Notes: generated by a model not told the origin, from the sequence alone. DNA of 64,000 bases from Tepidiformaceae bacterium (GCA_965207815.1 OZ242314.1:591234-655233); one strand, 5' to 3'; counted from the stretch's first letter, positions 15,784-25,288 are shown. Translations and numbers: made by a program.

Positions 15784-16938
15784 TCAGGCCGCAGCCGTCG
15801 TGAACGGACGGACCTGCTCGAAGTCGCCGCCCACGATCGGCGCCGCCTCCACGCTCATCCACTGCTCCAGCATCGTGCCGTAGATGCCGCGGAAGTCGAT
15901 CGTGTGCTTCAGATCCTCGCCGTTCAGCCAGTCCTTCGGCTTCACCGACGGGTACTCGGCGTAGAGGCCGCCCTGCACCTGCTCCCCGAGAATGTAGGCG
16001 CCCCCGCCCGAGCCGTGGTCCGTCCCCGACCCGTTGTCCTTGATGCGTCGCCCGAACTCGGTGAACACGAGCACGGCCACGTTGTCCGCTGCGTCGTGGT
16101 TGCGCAGGTCCGTCAGGAAGTCGGAGAGCGCCCCGCAGAGTTCGCCGAGCAGGCGGTCGTGATTGCCGGGCTGGTGCGAGTGATAGTCGTAGCCCGCGTG
16201 CTGCGTGTAGAAGACGCGCGTCCCGAGCCCGGCCGTGTGGACCCGCGACACGTCTCGCAGTGCGGTGGCGATCGGGTTCGTGCCCCACTCCACCGTGGTC
16301 GAGTACTGCCCCGGCACCTCCGCCAGCACGTCCGCGCCCGCGAGCACGTCGCGGCCCGTCTGACCGAGGTAGTCGCGTACGAGGCCGGCGCCGACCGCCG
16401 GCGTGTACATCCGCCGGAACAGGTCCAGGTTCGCCTCGCGCTCCTGCTCCTGCTCGATGCTGGTCATCAGGCCGTAGGCGTCGAGGTCGCCCACCGAAGT
16501 GACCGTGACCCCCGGGGCTGCACAGGCCCGCGGCAGGCCTCGCCCGAAGCTGACCGCCGTCAGCGGGTTCTCGCTGCTCGGATCGAGCTCGCGCACGAGC
16601 TTCGCGATCCAGCCTTCCGTCGAGATCCTGTCCGGCTCGCACGTGTGCCAGATGTCCATCCCGCGGAAGTGCGACCGGCTCGAGTTCGGGTAGCCGATGC
16701 CCTGCACGATCGCCACGTCGCCGTCGTCGAACAGCCCCTTCAGTCGCGACGCCGCCGGGTGGAAGCCCAGCGGGCTGTCCTCCGCGAGCGGCAGCACCTG
16801 GTCCTGCGGGATGCCCACGTGCGGGCGCGAGTCGTAGTACGTCCCCTCCGTGTAGGGGATGAGGGTGTTCATGAAGTCGAGCCCGCCGGTCAGCTGGACG
16901 ATGACCAGGACCGGATCGCTCGTGCCGTTGCTTGCCAT
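15784..16938 (-). CDS. DUF1501 domain protein (sulfatase-like fold)
   Basis: VLVIVQLTGGLDFMN...GYPNSSRSHF...TEFGRRIKDNGSGTDHG. The start was moved to ATG 16938, which follows GGAGG. Confidence 0.85.
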   Translation of the reverse strand: MASNGTSDPVLVIVQLTGGLDFMNTLIPYTEGTYYDSRPHVGIPQDQVLPLAEDSPLGFHPAASRLKGLFDDGDVAIVQGIGYPNSSRSHFRGMDIWHTCEPDRISTEGWIAKLVRELDPSSENPLTAVSFGRGLPRACAAPGVTVTSVGDLDAYGLMTSIEQEQEREANLDLFRRMYTPAVGAGLVRDYLGQTGRDVLAGADVLAEVPGQYSTTVEWGTNPIATALRDVSRVHTAGLGTRVFYTQHAGYDYHSHQPGNHDRLLGELCGALSDFLTDLRNHDAADNVAVLVFTEFGRRIKDNGSGTDHGSGGGAYILGEQVQGGLYAEYPSVKPKDWLNGEDLKHTIDFRGIYGTMLEQWMSVEAAPIVGGDFEQVRPFTTAAA

Positions 16939-16948
16939 CTCCAGCCTC

Positions 16949-18313
16949 CTAGGCGAACTGGTACTCGGGCGTGGCCACCACGAGCGTGAGCATTCGCGCG
17001 ACCCGCTCGTCGTGGTCGCCCGCTTCCGCGCCCTCGAGCAGCGCTTCGCGCGTCTCGTCGCTGGCCTCCAGCGGCCCCGCTGCCTCAAGGCACCCGTCGA
17101 CGAGCGTCTCGGCGGGAGCTGACCCGCCGTTCGCGAGCCGCGCCGCCACTGCCTGCGTGCCCGGCGAAGCGGGATCGCCCACCTGCTGGACCGCGAAGTT
17201 CACCCGCTCCATGAGCGTGCCCCCGTCGATCCACTCCTTGCCGGTGTGCCACCCCTCGACGCTGGGCGGGTCCATCAGCTTCTGGCCCATGGCCCCCATC
17301 GCCCCCTGCAGCGCTCCCATCAGCGGCGTCGGGTCGTCGAGCGTTCCCGCGAACTTGAGCACGCCCGCGACGAACTCCGCCGGCGACTTCACCTTCGCGA
17401 ACCGCGCCTGCTTGAAGAACTCCGCGTTCAGTAGCGTGCGCATCACCTTGCGCAGGTCTCCCTCCGTCTCGAGGAAGACCGACGCCAGTTGGTCGATTGC
17501 GTCCTGGTCGTTCGGCGCCTGCACGCTCCAGGCCGCAACCTGGGGTTCGTCCGCCACGAAGAAGTTGTAGAGGTGCCGCGAGATAAAGCGAGCCGTCGCC
17601 TCCTGTCGCACGATGATGTCGATCACGTCCTCGCCGTTGAAGGGGCCGGTCTCGCCCAGGAACGTCTTCTCGCTGTCGTCGTGGTCTTCGGGTCGGTAGA
17701 CGAACCGCGCTGGATACCCCCCGTGCGGGTAGAGCGGGATGGGCTGCTCGAACGTCCAGCCCGTGAACGCCCGGCCCGCTATCTTCACGTCCGTCTCGTC
17801 GTACGTCCCGATCCCCATCGAGAACAGCTCCAACAACTCCCGGCCGTAGTTCTCGTTCGGGTTGTCGGCGTGGTTCTCGCAGTTGTCGAGCCAGTAGATC
17901 ATGGCCGGGTCCCGCGAGAGCGCGATCAACAGGTCGCGCATCTTCCCCAGCCCATGCTCGCGGAAGGTCTGGATCTGGTCGGCCATCGAGAGCATGTGCT
18001 CGCCCTTGAACCAGGCCGTCGCGAAGACGTGGTGCCAGAACAGCGCCATCTTCTCCTCGAGCGGGCGCTGCGTGTTCACCATGCGGTACACCCAGCGCCC
18101 CGCCGAGGCCGTGGTCGTGTCCGGCGAGGTCATCTGCGGGTAGTAGCGGAAGAGAACGTCGTCGCTCACTTCCGGAAAACGATCGGGGTGGAGCAGGTCC
18201 TCCACGACCTCCTCGTAGGGCTGCCCGGCGAGCGTCGCCAGCTCGTCCTGGGTGGCGCCCACCCCCGCCCGTCGTATCAGGTGCGCCAGTAGCGCCGTCC
18301 GCTCGTCAGTCAT
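16949..18313 (-). CDS. DUF1800 domain protein
   Basis: LFWHHVFAT...NENYGRELLELFSMGIG is typical of DUF1800, which is the usual partner of DUF1501. Confidence 0.85.
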   Translation of the reverse strand: MTDERTALLAHLIRRAGVGATQDELATLAGQPYEEVVEDLLHPDRFPEVSDDVLFRYYPQMTSPDTTTASAGRWVYRMVNTQRPLEEKMALFWHHVFATAWFKGEHMLSMADQIQTFREHGLGKMRDLLIALSRDPAMIYWLDNCENHADNPNENYGRELLELFSMGIGTYDETDVKIAGRAFTGWTFEQPIPLYPHGGYPARFVYRPEDHDDSEKTFLGETGPFNGEDVIDIIVRQEATARFISRHLYNFFVADEPQVAAWSVQAPNDQDAIDQLASVFLETEGDLRKVMRTLLNAEFFKQARFAKVKSPAEFVAGVLKFAGTLDDPTPLMGALQGAMGAMGQKLMDPPSVEGWHTGKEWIDGGTLMERVNFAVQQVGDPASPGTQAVAARLANGGSAPAETLVDGCLEAAGPLEASDETREALLEGAEAGDHDERVARMLTLVVATPEYQFA

Positions 18314-18393
18314 TGTTCTTCCCCCGGACTGCGTCAGCGTGTCCCCGCACTATACCCAGCCCCGCAAGGCGATTCAGGGGTTGGAACGGCGTC

Positions 18394-19065
18394 CTAGAGC
18401 TGCATCTCCGGCACGCCTCGGGGTACGGTTAGCGGCGCGTCCGTGAGTGTCACCACCTCCCCCGGCGCCCACCCCGGCGCGACCTCCCGCAGCGTGAGGC
18501 CGTCCGGACCCACCTCCACCACCGCCAAGTCCGTCACGATCAGGTCGACGCAGCCGCGCGCCGTCAGCGGATACGTGCACTCGCGCAGGATGCGCGGCTT
18601 CCCGTCCTTCGTCGTGTGCTCCATCGCCACGATCACGCGTCGCGCCCCCACCGCCAGGTCCATCGCCCCGCCGATGCTGCCCCCACCCCGCTCCGGTACC
18701 GACCAGTTCGCCAGATCGCCCCGCTCCGACACCTGCAGGCCACCGAGCACCGCCGTGTCGATGTGCCCGCCCCGGATCATCGCGAACGAGGCCGCGCTGT
18801 CGAAGAAGCTCGCCCCGGGATTGAGGGTGATGGGCTGGCCGCCGGCGTTCACCAGGTCCTGGTCGTAGGCCTCTTCGCTGAAGCCGCCGTAGCCGAGGAT
18901 GCCGTTCTCCGACTGCAGCAGGATGTTCGCCTCCGGCGGCGCGAACGCCCCCACGAGCGTGGGCAGCCCTACGCCCAGGTTCACGGTGCTTCCCGGCGCC
19001 AGCTCCTGCGCCACCCGCATCGCGACCAGCTCCCGTGTCAGCCGCGGCTTGTGCTCAGCGGCCAT
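18394..19065 (-). CDS. 3-oxoacid CoA-transferase, subunit B
   Basis: VNLGVGLPT...LQSENGILG...GGAMDL motifs. It overlaps the subunit A gene by 11 nt. Confidence 0.9.
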   Translation of the reverse strand: MAAEHKPRLTRELVAMRVAQELAPGSTVNLGVGLPTLVGAFAPPEANILLQSENGILGYGGFSEEAYDQDLVNAGGQPITLNPGASFFDSAASFAMIRGGHIDTAVLGGLQVSERGDLANWSVPERGGGSIGGAMDLAVGARRVIVAMEHTTKDGKPRILRECTYPLTARGCVDLIVTDLAVVEVGPDGLTLREVAPGWAPGEVVTLTDAPLTVPRGVPEMQL

Positions 19066-19750
19066 CCCAGCGCACCTCTACGGGGTCGCAGCGCACGATC
19101 CGGTCCACGTACACCGCGGGCGTGTGGATCTCGTTCGGGGCCAGTTCGCCGGTCTCCACGATCTCCTCCACCTCCACGACCACGAGGTCGGCCGCCGTCG
19201 CCATGACCGCATTGAAGTTGCGCCCCGCCATCCGGTAGCAGAGGTTCCCCAGGCGGTCCGCTCGATGCGCCTTGAGGATGGCCACGTCGGCCCGGAGCGG
19301 GCGCTCCAGCAGCCACTCCTCCCCCTGCCACGAGAGCACGTCCTTCCCCTCCGCCACCTGCGTCCCCACCCCCGTGCGCGTCAAGAACCCCCCGATGCCC
19401 GCGCCCCCTGCCCGGATGCGCTCCGCCAGGGTCCCCTGCGGCACCAGCTCGAGCTCCACCTCGCCCGCGCGGTACTGCTCCTCGAAACGGCTGGCGCGGG
19501 CCGACGAGGCGCGCACCGCGAAGCTCGCGATCGCCTTGGCGATCTGCCGGTCTTCGCACAGCTCGTCAAGCCGGTCTCCGAAGCCGATGTTCGTCGCCAT
19601 CACCGTCAGGTTGCGAGTGCCCCGCCGCTTCAGCGCGAAGATCAGGTTCGTCGGCGAGCTCGCCGAGACGAACCCCCCGACCATCACGCGCGCGCCGTCA
19701 CGGATCCCGTCCAGGGCTTCGTCGGGCGTCTCGTAGATGGTTGCCGTCAT
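19055..19750 (-). CDS. 3-oxoacid CoA-transferase, subunit A
   Basis: From ATG 19750: MTATIYETPDEALDGIRDGARVMVGGF...ELELVPQGTLAERIRAGGAGIGGF. Confidence 0.9.
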   Translation of the reverse strand: MTATIYETPDEALDGIRDGARVMVGGFVSASSPTNLIFALKRRGTRNLTVMATNIGFGDRLDELCEDRQIAKAIASFAVRASSARASRFEEQYRAGEVELELVPQGTLAERIRAGGAGIGGFLTRTGVGTQVAEGKDVLSWQGEEWLLERPLRADVAILKAHRADRLGNLCYRMAGRNFNAVMATAADLVVVEVEEIVETGELAPNEIHTPAVYVDRIVRCDPVEVRWDGR

Positions 19751-19839
19751 CGCTGGTTCAACCGTGCTGAGGAGTCTGGCCGAAAGGCGTAGGCTGCGCG
19801 AACCCACGCCACGGCGTCAAAGCACGGAAGGAGAGAATT

Positions 19840-20646
19840 ATGGCGGGAGAGCTCGAAGGCAAGGTTTCCATCATCACCGGCGGAGGCTCGGGCATGGGCC
19901 GCTCGACGGCCCTGATGTTCTCGCGCGAGGGCGCCGCCGTCGCTATCGCCGACGTCAACGACGAGGGCGGCGAGCAGGTCGCGGCCCAGATCGAGGACAG
20001 CGGCGGGAACGCCCTCTTCGTCCACACCGATACCTCCAGCGAGGCTGACGTGCTCAACGTCGTGTCGAAGACCGTCGAGAAGTTCGGACGGCTGGACTCG
20101 ATGGTCACCGCGGCCGGTATCTCCTACGCCAACTACGTCGAGGGCGACGAGGCCACCGACCCCTTCCTCCACCCCGAGACGGCCACCATCCTCAACAAGC
20201 CCACGGAGCGCTGGCAGAAGGTCATCGACGTCAACCTCACCGGCGTCATGCTCTGCGCGCGCGAGGCCGCCCGCCAGATGGTGGCCGAGGGCCACGGTGG
20301 CACGATCGTCAACTTCTCCTCGATCGCGGCTTACGGCCCCTCCCCCGGCATCATGGACTACTGCGTCGCGAAGGTCGGCGTCGTCATGCTCACCCGCTGC
20401 TTCGCGGTTGAGTTCGGTCCCCACGGCATCCGCGTCAACGCCGTCGCCCCGGGCCCCATCGACACGCCCATGACGGCTTCCCTGCAGCGCACGGGCGCGC
20501 TCCAGCAGCAGGGCGGCGCGCTCCCGCTCGGGCGCATGGCCCAGCCCGAAGAGGTCGCCGAGGCCGTCCTCTTCTTCACCAGCGACCGCTCCAGCTACGT
20601 CACCGGCAAGACGCTCGGCGTCGACGGCGGCACCAACACCGTCTAG
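19840..20646 (+). CDS. Short-chain dehydrogenase/reductase (SDR), paralog 1 of 3
   Basis: TGGGSGMGR cofactor motif, Y-x3-K as YCVAKVGVV, and PGPIDTPM. Confidence 0.9.
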   Translation: MAGELEGKVSIITGGGSGMGRSTALMFSREGAAVAIADVNDEGGEQVAAQIEDSGGNALFVHTDTSSEADVLNVVSKTVEKFGRLDSMVTAAGISYANYVEGDEATDPFLHPETATILNKPTERWQKVIDVNLTGVMLCAREAARQMVAEGHGGTIVNFSSIAAYGPSPGIMDYCVAKVGVVMLTRCFAVEFGPHGIRVNAVAPGPIDTPMTASLQRTGALQQQGGALPLGRMAQPEEVAEAVLFFTSDRSSYVTGKTLGVDGGTNTV

Positions 20647-20661
20647 GCGGAGAAGAGAACC

Positions 20662-21474
20662 ATGGCAGGAGAGCTCGAAGGCAAGGTTTCCATCGTCACC
20701 GGCGGCGGTTCCGGCATGGGCCGCTCGTCGGCCCTGATGTTCGCGCGTGAGGGCGCCGCCGTCGCCATCGCCGACGTCAACGACGAAGGCGGAGAGGCGA
20801 CCGCCGCCCAGATCGAAGACCTCGGCGGCGATGCGCTCTTCATGCACACGGACGTGTCGAGCGAACAGGATGTGCTCAACGTCGTCGCGGAGACGGCCGG
20901 CAAGTTCGGGCGGCTCGACTCGATCGTGACGGCTGCCGGCATCTCCTACGCCAACTACGTCGAGGGCGACGACGAGACGGACCCCTTCCTCAACCCGGAG
21001 GCGGCGAGCAACCTCAACAGGCCCACGGAGTTCTGGCGGAAGGTCATCGATGTGAACCTCACGGGGGTCATGCTCTGCGCCCGCGAGGCGGCCCGCCAGA
21101 TGGTGAACGAGGGGCACGGCGGCACGATCGTCAACTTCGCCTCGATCAACGCCTACAACCCCTCTCCCCTCCTGACTGACTACAGCGTCTCGAAGGCTGG
21201 CGTGGTCATGCTGACCCGCTGCTTCGCCGCCGAGTTCGGCCCCCGGGGCATCCGCGTCAACGCCGTCGCCCCCGGCCCCATCGAGACGCCCATGCTGGCG
21301 CGCGTGCACAGGGCTCTCCCGTCCGGGGCCGCGGATCCGTGGGGAAATGTTCCCCTCCGGCGCACTGCCGACCCCGACGAGGTCGCGGAGGCCGTGCTCT
21401 TCCTCACCAGCGATCGCTCCAGCTACGTCACCGGCAAAACCCTTGGCGTGGACGGCGGCATCGATACCGTCTAG
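20662..21474 (+). CDS. Short-chain dehydrogenase/reductase (SDR), paralog 2 of 3
   Basis: Near-collinear with paralogs 1 and 3. TGGGSGMGR and YSVSKAGVV motifs. Confidence 0.9.
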   Translation: MAGELEGKVSIVTGGGSGMGRSSALMFAREGAAVAIADVNDEGGEATAAQIEDLGGDALFMHTDVSSEQDVLNVVAETAGKFGRLDSIVTAAGISYANYVEGDDETDPFLNPEAASNLNRPTEFWRKVIDVNLTGVMLCAREAARQMVNEGHGGTIVNFASINAYNPSPLLTDYSVSKAGVVMLTRCFAAEFGPRGIRVNAVAPGPIETPMLARVHRALPSGAADPWGNVPLRRTADPDEVAEAVLFLTSDRSSYVTGKTLGVDGGIDTV

Positions 21475-21523
21475 CGGCCGCGCCCTCGCGCTGCCACATC
21501 ACGCAGAACCGGAGGAGAGAACC

Positions 21524-22333
21524 ATGGCAGGAGAGCTTGAAGGCAGGGTTTCCATCGTGACCGGCGGCGGGTCCGGCATGGGCCGGGCGACATCGCTGTT
21601 GCTCGCCCGCGAGGGCGCAGCCGTCGCCATCGCCGACGTCAACGACGAAGGCGGCGAGGCGACCGCCGCCCAGATCGAAGACCTGGGCGGGGAGTCCCTC
21701 TTCGTCCACACCGACGTCTCCAGCGAGTCCGATGTCGTCAACGCGGTCGCAGAGGCGGCCGGCAAGTTCGGCAAGCTCGACTCGATCGTCACGGCCGCCG
21801 GCATCTCCTACGCCAACTACCTCGAGGGCGACGACGACACCGATCCCTTCCTCCATCCCACGGAGGCCGGGTCCAGCCTGAACCGCCCCACGGAGTTCTG
21901 GCAGAAAGTCATCGACGTCAACCTCACGGGCGTCATGCTTTGCGCCCGCGAGGCCGCCCGCCAGATGGTCAAGGAGGGGCACGGCGGCACGATCGTCAAC
22001 TTCGCCTCGACGGCCGCCTACAACCCCTCGCCCAACATGACCGACTACTGCGTCTCCAAGACCGGTGTGGTCATGCTGACGCGCTGCTTCGCCGCCGAGT
22101 TCGGACCCCACGGCATCCGGGTCAACGCCGTCGCCCCCGGACCCATCGAGACGCCCATGCTCGCGCGCGTGCACCGCGCTCGCGGCGGTGCCGGCAGTTT
22201 CAATTCCCTGCCTCTGGGCCGGACCGCCCAGCCCGAGGAGGTTGCCGAGCTCGTCCTCTTCTTCACGAGCGAGCGTTCGAGCTACGTCACCGGCAAGACG
22301 CTCGGCGTCGACGGGGGCACGAGCACGCTGTAG
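21524..22333 (+). CDS. Short-chain dehydrogenase/reductase (SDR), paralog 3 of 3
   Basis: The start was reset to ATG 21524 (MAGELEGRVSIVTGG), after GGAGGAGAGAACC, the same leader as paralog 2. Confidence 0.9.
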   Translation: MAGELEGRVSIVTGGGSGMGRATSLLLAREGAAVAIADVNDEGGEATAAQIEDLGGESLFVHTDVSSESDVVNAVAEAAGKFGKLDSIVTAAGISYANYLEGDDDTDPFLHPTEAGSSLNRPTEFWQKVIDVNLTGVMLCAREAARQMVKEGHGGTIVNFASTAAYNPSPNMTDYCVSKTGVVMLTRCFAAEFGPHGIRVNAVAPGPIETPMLARVHRARGGAGSFNSLPLGRTAQPEEVAELVLFFTSERSSYVTGKTLGVDGGTSTL

Positions 22334-22347
22334 GGACGCCCCGGTGC

Positions 22348-22749
22348 CTACAGCTCTTCCAGCGGCTTCGAAGGCCCCTGGGAGACGATTTCGTCCAGCG
22401 CCAGCAGCGCCTCGAGCGTGTCCTGCACGCGCAGCGGCACGGCGAACTCGCGTGGGATCAGCGGCCGGTTGATCGCGGCGAAGAAGAACTCGCGCGCGTA
22501 CTTCGGCACCTCGGACTCGGTCAGCAGCAGCAGTCCGTAGTTCGCCTGCCGCACGAGCCGTTCCGCCACCTGCTCGTGCGACGGTCCCAGCGGCTGCTCC
22601 GACCCGTCGTCCATGCCCAGCGCGATCGGCCGCGTGCTCTCGTGGAACGGCCCCTCGCCCTCGTACGAGATGCGCATGTAGGTGATGACGTGGCCGTCCG
22701 CGCTCTGCTCGGTGCAGAGCCCGCCGATCCGTTCGAACCGTCCCCGCAT
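22348..22749 (-). CDS. Hypothetical protein (133 aa)
   Basis: Distal part of ORF 22348..23220, starting at ATG 22749 (MRGRFERIGG...). Composition is balanced and I recognised no motif. Confidence 0.45.
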   Translation of the reverse strand: MRGRFERIGGLCTEQSADGHVITYMRISYEGEGPFHESTRPIALGMDDGSEQPLGPSHEQVAERLVRQANYGLLLLTESEVPKYAREFFFAAINRPLIPREFAVPLRVQDTLEALLALDEIVSQGPSKPLEEL

Positions 22750-22935
22750 CGCAGCCTCCCCCGGCCGCCCCGGCCCGCCGATCGTTACAGGGTTTCGCAG
22801 GGGGAACGCAACCCCTCCGCCCTCCTCTGCTCCCCACCACGCTCCGTATTGCCCGACATTACGAAGTCTTAACGTTCGGCGGGCGGCGCAGGCGTTGGAG
22901 TCGTACGCTAGAAGGAGGCTGGAGGTGAGCGTGGC

Positions 22936-23355
22936 ATGAAGTGCGAATTTCTTGCGCTCGCCGACGCCGCCCAGGTCCAGGGCGACCGCATCCTCATCCT
23001 CGGGCGCGGCCTGCGTTGCCTCACGACGGGTGAGGGCTTCCCCTTCAAGCACCACCTCGGAGTGGCCGCGAGCCTGCTCGTCGGCGGACCCGAGACGAAC
23101 CAGCCGCATCACTACACCTTCCGCGTCAGCCCCGAGGACTCGACGAGCGAGTTCGTCGATGTCGAGGGCGACTTCGAGAAGACGCGTCCCGACAACACGC
23201 CTCTCGACGACGACCAGCACATGCTGCTCGCCGCCAACCTGGCCCCCAGCTTCGAGAGCGCCGGCGACTACGTCCTGCGCATGCTTGTGGACGGCGAGGA
23301 GCTCGCCCGCACCAACTTCACGGTCCTCGACTCAGCCCCCGCTCCCGCTTCCTGA
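22936..23355 (+). CDS. Hypothetical protein (139 aa)
   Basis: ORF with coding-like composition, preceded by GGAGG(TGAGCG). I recognised no motif. Confidence 0.5.
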   Translation: MKCEFLALADAAQVQGDRILILGRGLRCLTTGEGFPFKHHLGVAASLLVGGPETNQPHHYTFRVSPEDSTSEFVDVEGDFEKTRPDNTPLDDDQHMLLAANLAPSFESAGDYVLRMLVDGEELARTNFTVLDSAPAPAS

Positions 23356-25067
23356 CGCTGCCCCGCCTGCCCTCTGGAGCGCCCCCTCCCACCCGTGCTA
23401 GGCTCGTATCGCGAGTTGGGGACTCGTCTAATGGTAGGACAGCGGATTCTGGATCCGTATGTGGGGGTTCGACTCCTCCGTCCCCAGCCACTTCGCTCAG
23501 TACGCATAATCGGGTCCGAAAGGCTGATGTCCGCTGTGTCCGCCCCGCCGATGGGGCTGTCGGGCGGGGTGGGGATTGTGTAGCGGATCGTCGCCGTTCC
23601 GGGCTTTACGGCTACTTCCTTCACAAAGGAACGGATGAAGGTCCGGGACTCGGTCAGATCGCTTGTTCTCAGGAAGTCGCTCATCTCCTCGGCGAAGGCG
23701 GCGATGGCGTCCACGCTGTCGAGAACAGCGCGCCGCTCCGACAACGTCCTGCGCGCTTCGTCGGCAGCGGTCTCGAGGCGCTCCTGCCGCTCCTGGTGTT
23801 CCTTGAGACGGGGCAGGATGTCGTTGATCTCGAGGTCGGAGGTCTCGACGGCGTACCAGAGCCGGTCCATGCGCCGGCGCAGCTCGGCCAGCTCCCCCTC
23901 GATGGTCTCCAGCTTCCCCCGCTGCTCGCGAGCCACTCCGTCCATCTCCTCGTCGACGAGCCGCACGAGTTTGCGGATGTTGCTCTCGGTGAGGATGTGC
24001 TCACGAAGCTGCCCGATGATGAGTCGCTCGAAGTTCTTCGCGTTCAGCCGCGGCGTGTCGCAGCTCCCCCGGCCGCGCTTGATGAGGGACTGGCAGACGT
24101 AGTAGGTGTAGCGGCCGCTCTTGGCCTCTGCCGCCGTGAGCGCCCGGCGGCACGTCTGGCACTTGGCCAGCCCGCTGAGCAGGTAGGGGCTGGTCGCGCG
24201 GCGAGGATGGATCTTGGACGGCGCCTTGGCTTGCAGCACCCGCTGTACGCGCCGGAACTCTTCGGGCGAGACGATCGCGGGGAAGGCGTTCTCGACGCGC
24301 ACGGCGCCGAGGCCGTCCTTGGCGGTGGCGCCCCAGATCAAGGTGCCGGTGTAGGCCTCGTTGGTGAGCATCGCGTAGATGGTCGTCTTGTTCCAACGCT
24401 TGCCCCTGGCGCTCGGGATGCCCTCGTCGTTGAGTATCCGGGCGATGGTGAGGACGCTCTCGCCCTTGAGGGCCATGTCGAAGATGCGGCGCATCACGGC
24501 ATCTGCAGGCGGGTTCAGCTCCAGCTTCTGACGCTTGCTGGCACCGTCCTGGACCTCGACCTTGCGGTACCCGTGGGGAGGCACGGGGGCGACCCAGAAG
24601 CCACGCGAGGCCGACTCACGAAGGCCGCGCATGACCTCCTGCGCCAAGTTCTCGCTGTAGAACTCATCGACGCTCTCGATGATCGCTTCCATGAGCTTGC
24701 CCGTGGGCGAGTCGTCGGCGTGCTCCGTGATCGAGACGACGCGGACACCGCGCCGGCGCAGCATCGATTTGAAGGCGACGGCGTGCTCGCGCTTGCGGGT
24801 GAAGCGAGAGAACTTCCAGACCAGGATCTCCCGGAAGGGAGCATCGGGACGCTCGGCGGCATCCAGCATCTTGCGGAACTGGGGCCTATCGGCGACACGA
24901 CCGCTCTCCGCCTCGTCGACGTACTCGTGCACGACGGCGTATCCGTTCTTGTCGGCGTAGTCGCGCAGCGCCCGCAACTGGGCGGACACGGACAGGTCGA
25001 CATCCTGGCGGTCGCTGGAGACGCGCGCGTAGAGGGCGGCGGGGGTTGGGTCGGGTGCGTGCTTCAT
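23268..25067 (-). CDS. Large serine recombinase (integrase)
   Basis: N-terminal resolvase catalytic motif ALYARVSSDRQ, a recombinase domain, a zinc ribbon CQTCRRAL...YYVCQ...GSCD and a coiled-coil. The start is ATG 25067. The last ~75 codons, from about 23490 to the stop at 23268, are antisense to tRNA-Gln and beyond, so the native 3' end is uncertain. Confidence 0.9.
   Translation of the reverse strand: MKHAPDPTPAALYARVSSDRQDVDLSVSAQLRALRDYADKNGYAVVHEYVDEAESGRVADRPQFRKMLDAAERPDAPFREILVWKFSRFTRKREHAVAFKSMLRRRGVRVVSITEHADDSPTGKLMEAIIESVDEFYSENLAQEVMRGLRESASRGFWVAPVPPHGYRKVEVQDGASKRQKLELNPPADAVMRRIFDMALKGESVLTIARILNDEGIPSARGKRWNKTTIYAMLTNEAYTGTLIWGATAKDGLGAVRVENAFPAIVSPEEFRRVQRVLQAKAPSKIHPRRATSPYLLSGLAKCQTCRRALTAAEAKSGRYTYYVCQSLIKRGRGSCDTPRLNAKNFERLIIGQLREHILTESNIRKLVRLVDEEMDGVAREQRGKLETIEGELAELRRRMDRLWYAVETSDLEINDILPRLKEHQERQERLETAADEARRTLSERRAVLDSVDAIAAFAEEMSDFLRTSDLTESRTFIRSFVKEVAVKPGTATIRYTIPTPPDSPIGGADTADISLSDPIMRTERSGWGRRSRTPTYGSRIRCPTIRRVPNSRYEPSTGGRGRSRGQAGQRQEAGAGAESRTVKLVRASSSPSTSMRRT
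23417..23490 (+). tRNA. tRNA-Gln (anticodon CTG), CCA encoded
   Basis: Hand fold: UGGGGAC UC GUCU AAUGGUA GGAC A GCGGA UUCUGGA UCCGU AUGU GGGGG UUCGACU CCUCC GUCCCCA G CCA. Confidence 0.9.
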
Positions 25068-25288
25068 GGTCTCGTGCCTCTCTCGATCGGGGAATATCTC
25101 GGGGTCGGCGGTGGTGCCAACCGGGCCTTGTGAGCTTAGCACAGACGTTCGGAAGTGGGCGGCTGCAGCCCAGTGTCGAAGGCCAGCGTCCCCGCTCTCG
25201 GGAACCAACATCCAGGAGAGGCTGCTGAGTCGGGAACTTAGGCCCGACGCGGTCTATTGCTGAGGCTGCACTTCCGAACCGGAACATC

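Noticed and set aside
19747-22840. Reverse-strand ORFs of 520 aa and 470 aa opposite the three SDR genes.
   Set aside because: They are antisense shadows of the SDR triplication, and their internal repetition merely mirrors the sense-strand paralogs.
23268-23490. The C-terminal ~75 residues of the serine recombinase ORF, considered as a possible extra domain.
   Set aside because: This stretch is the antisense translation of tRNA-Gln and of the neighbouring gene's 3' end. It is most simply read-through created by the integration junction, not a functional domain.
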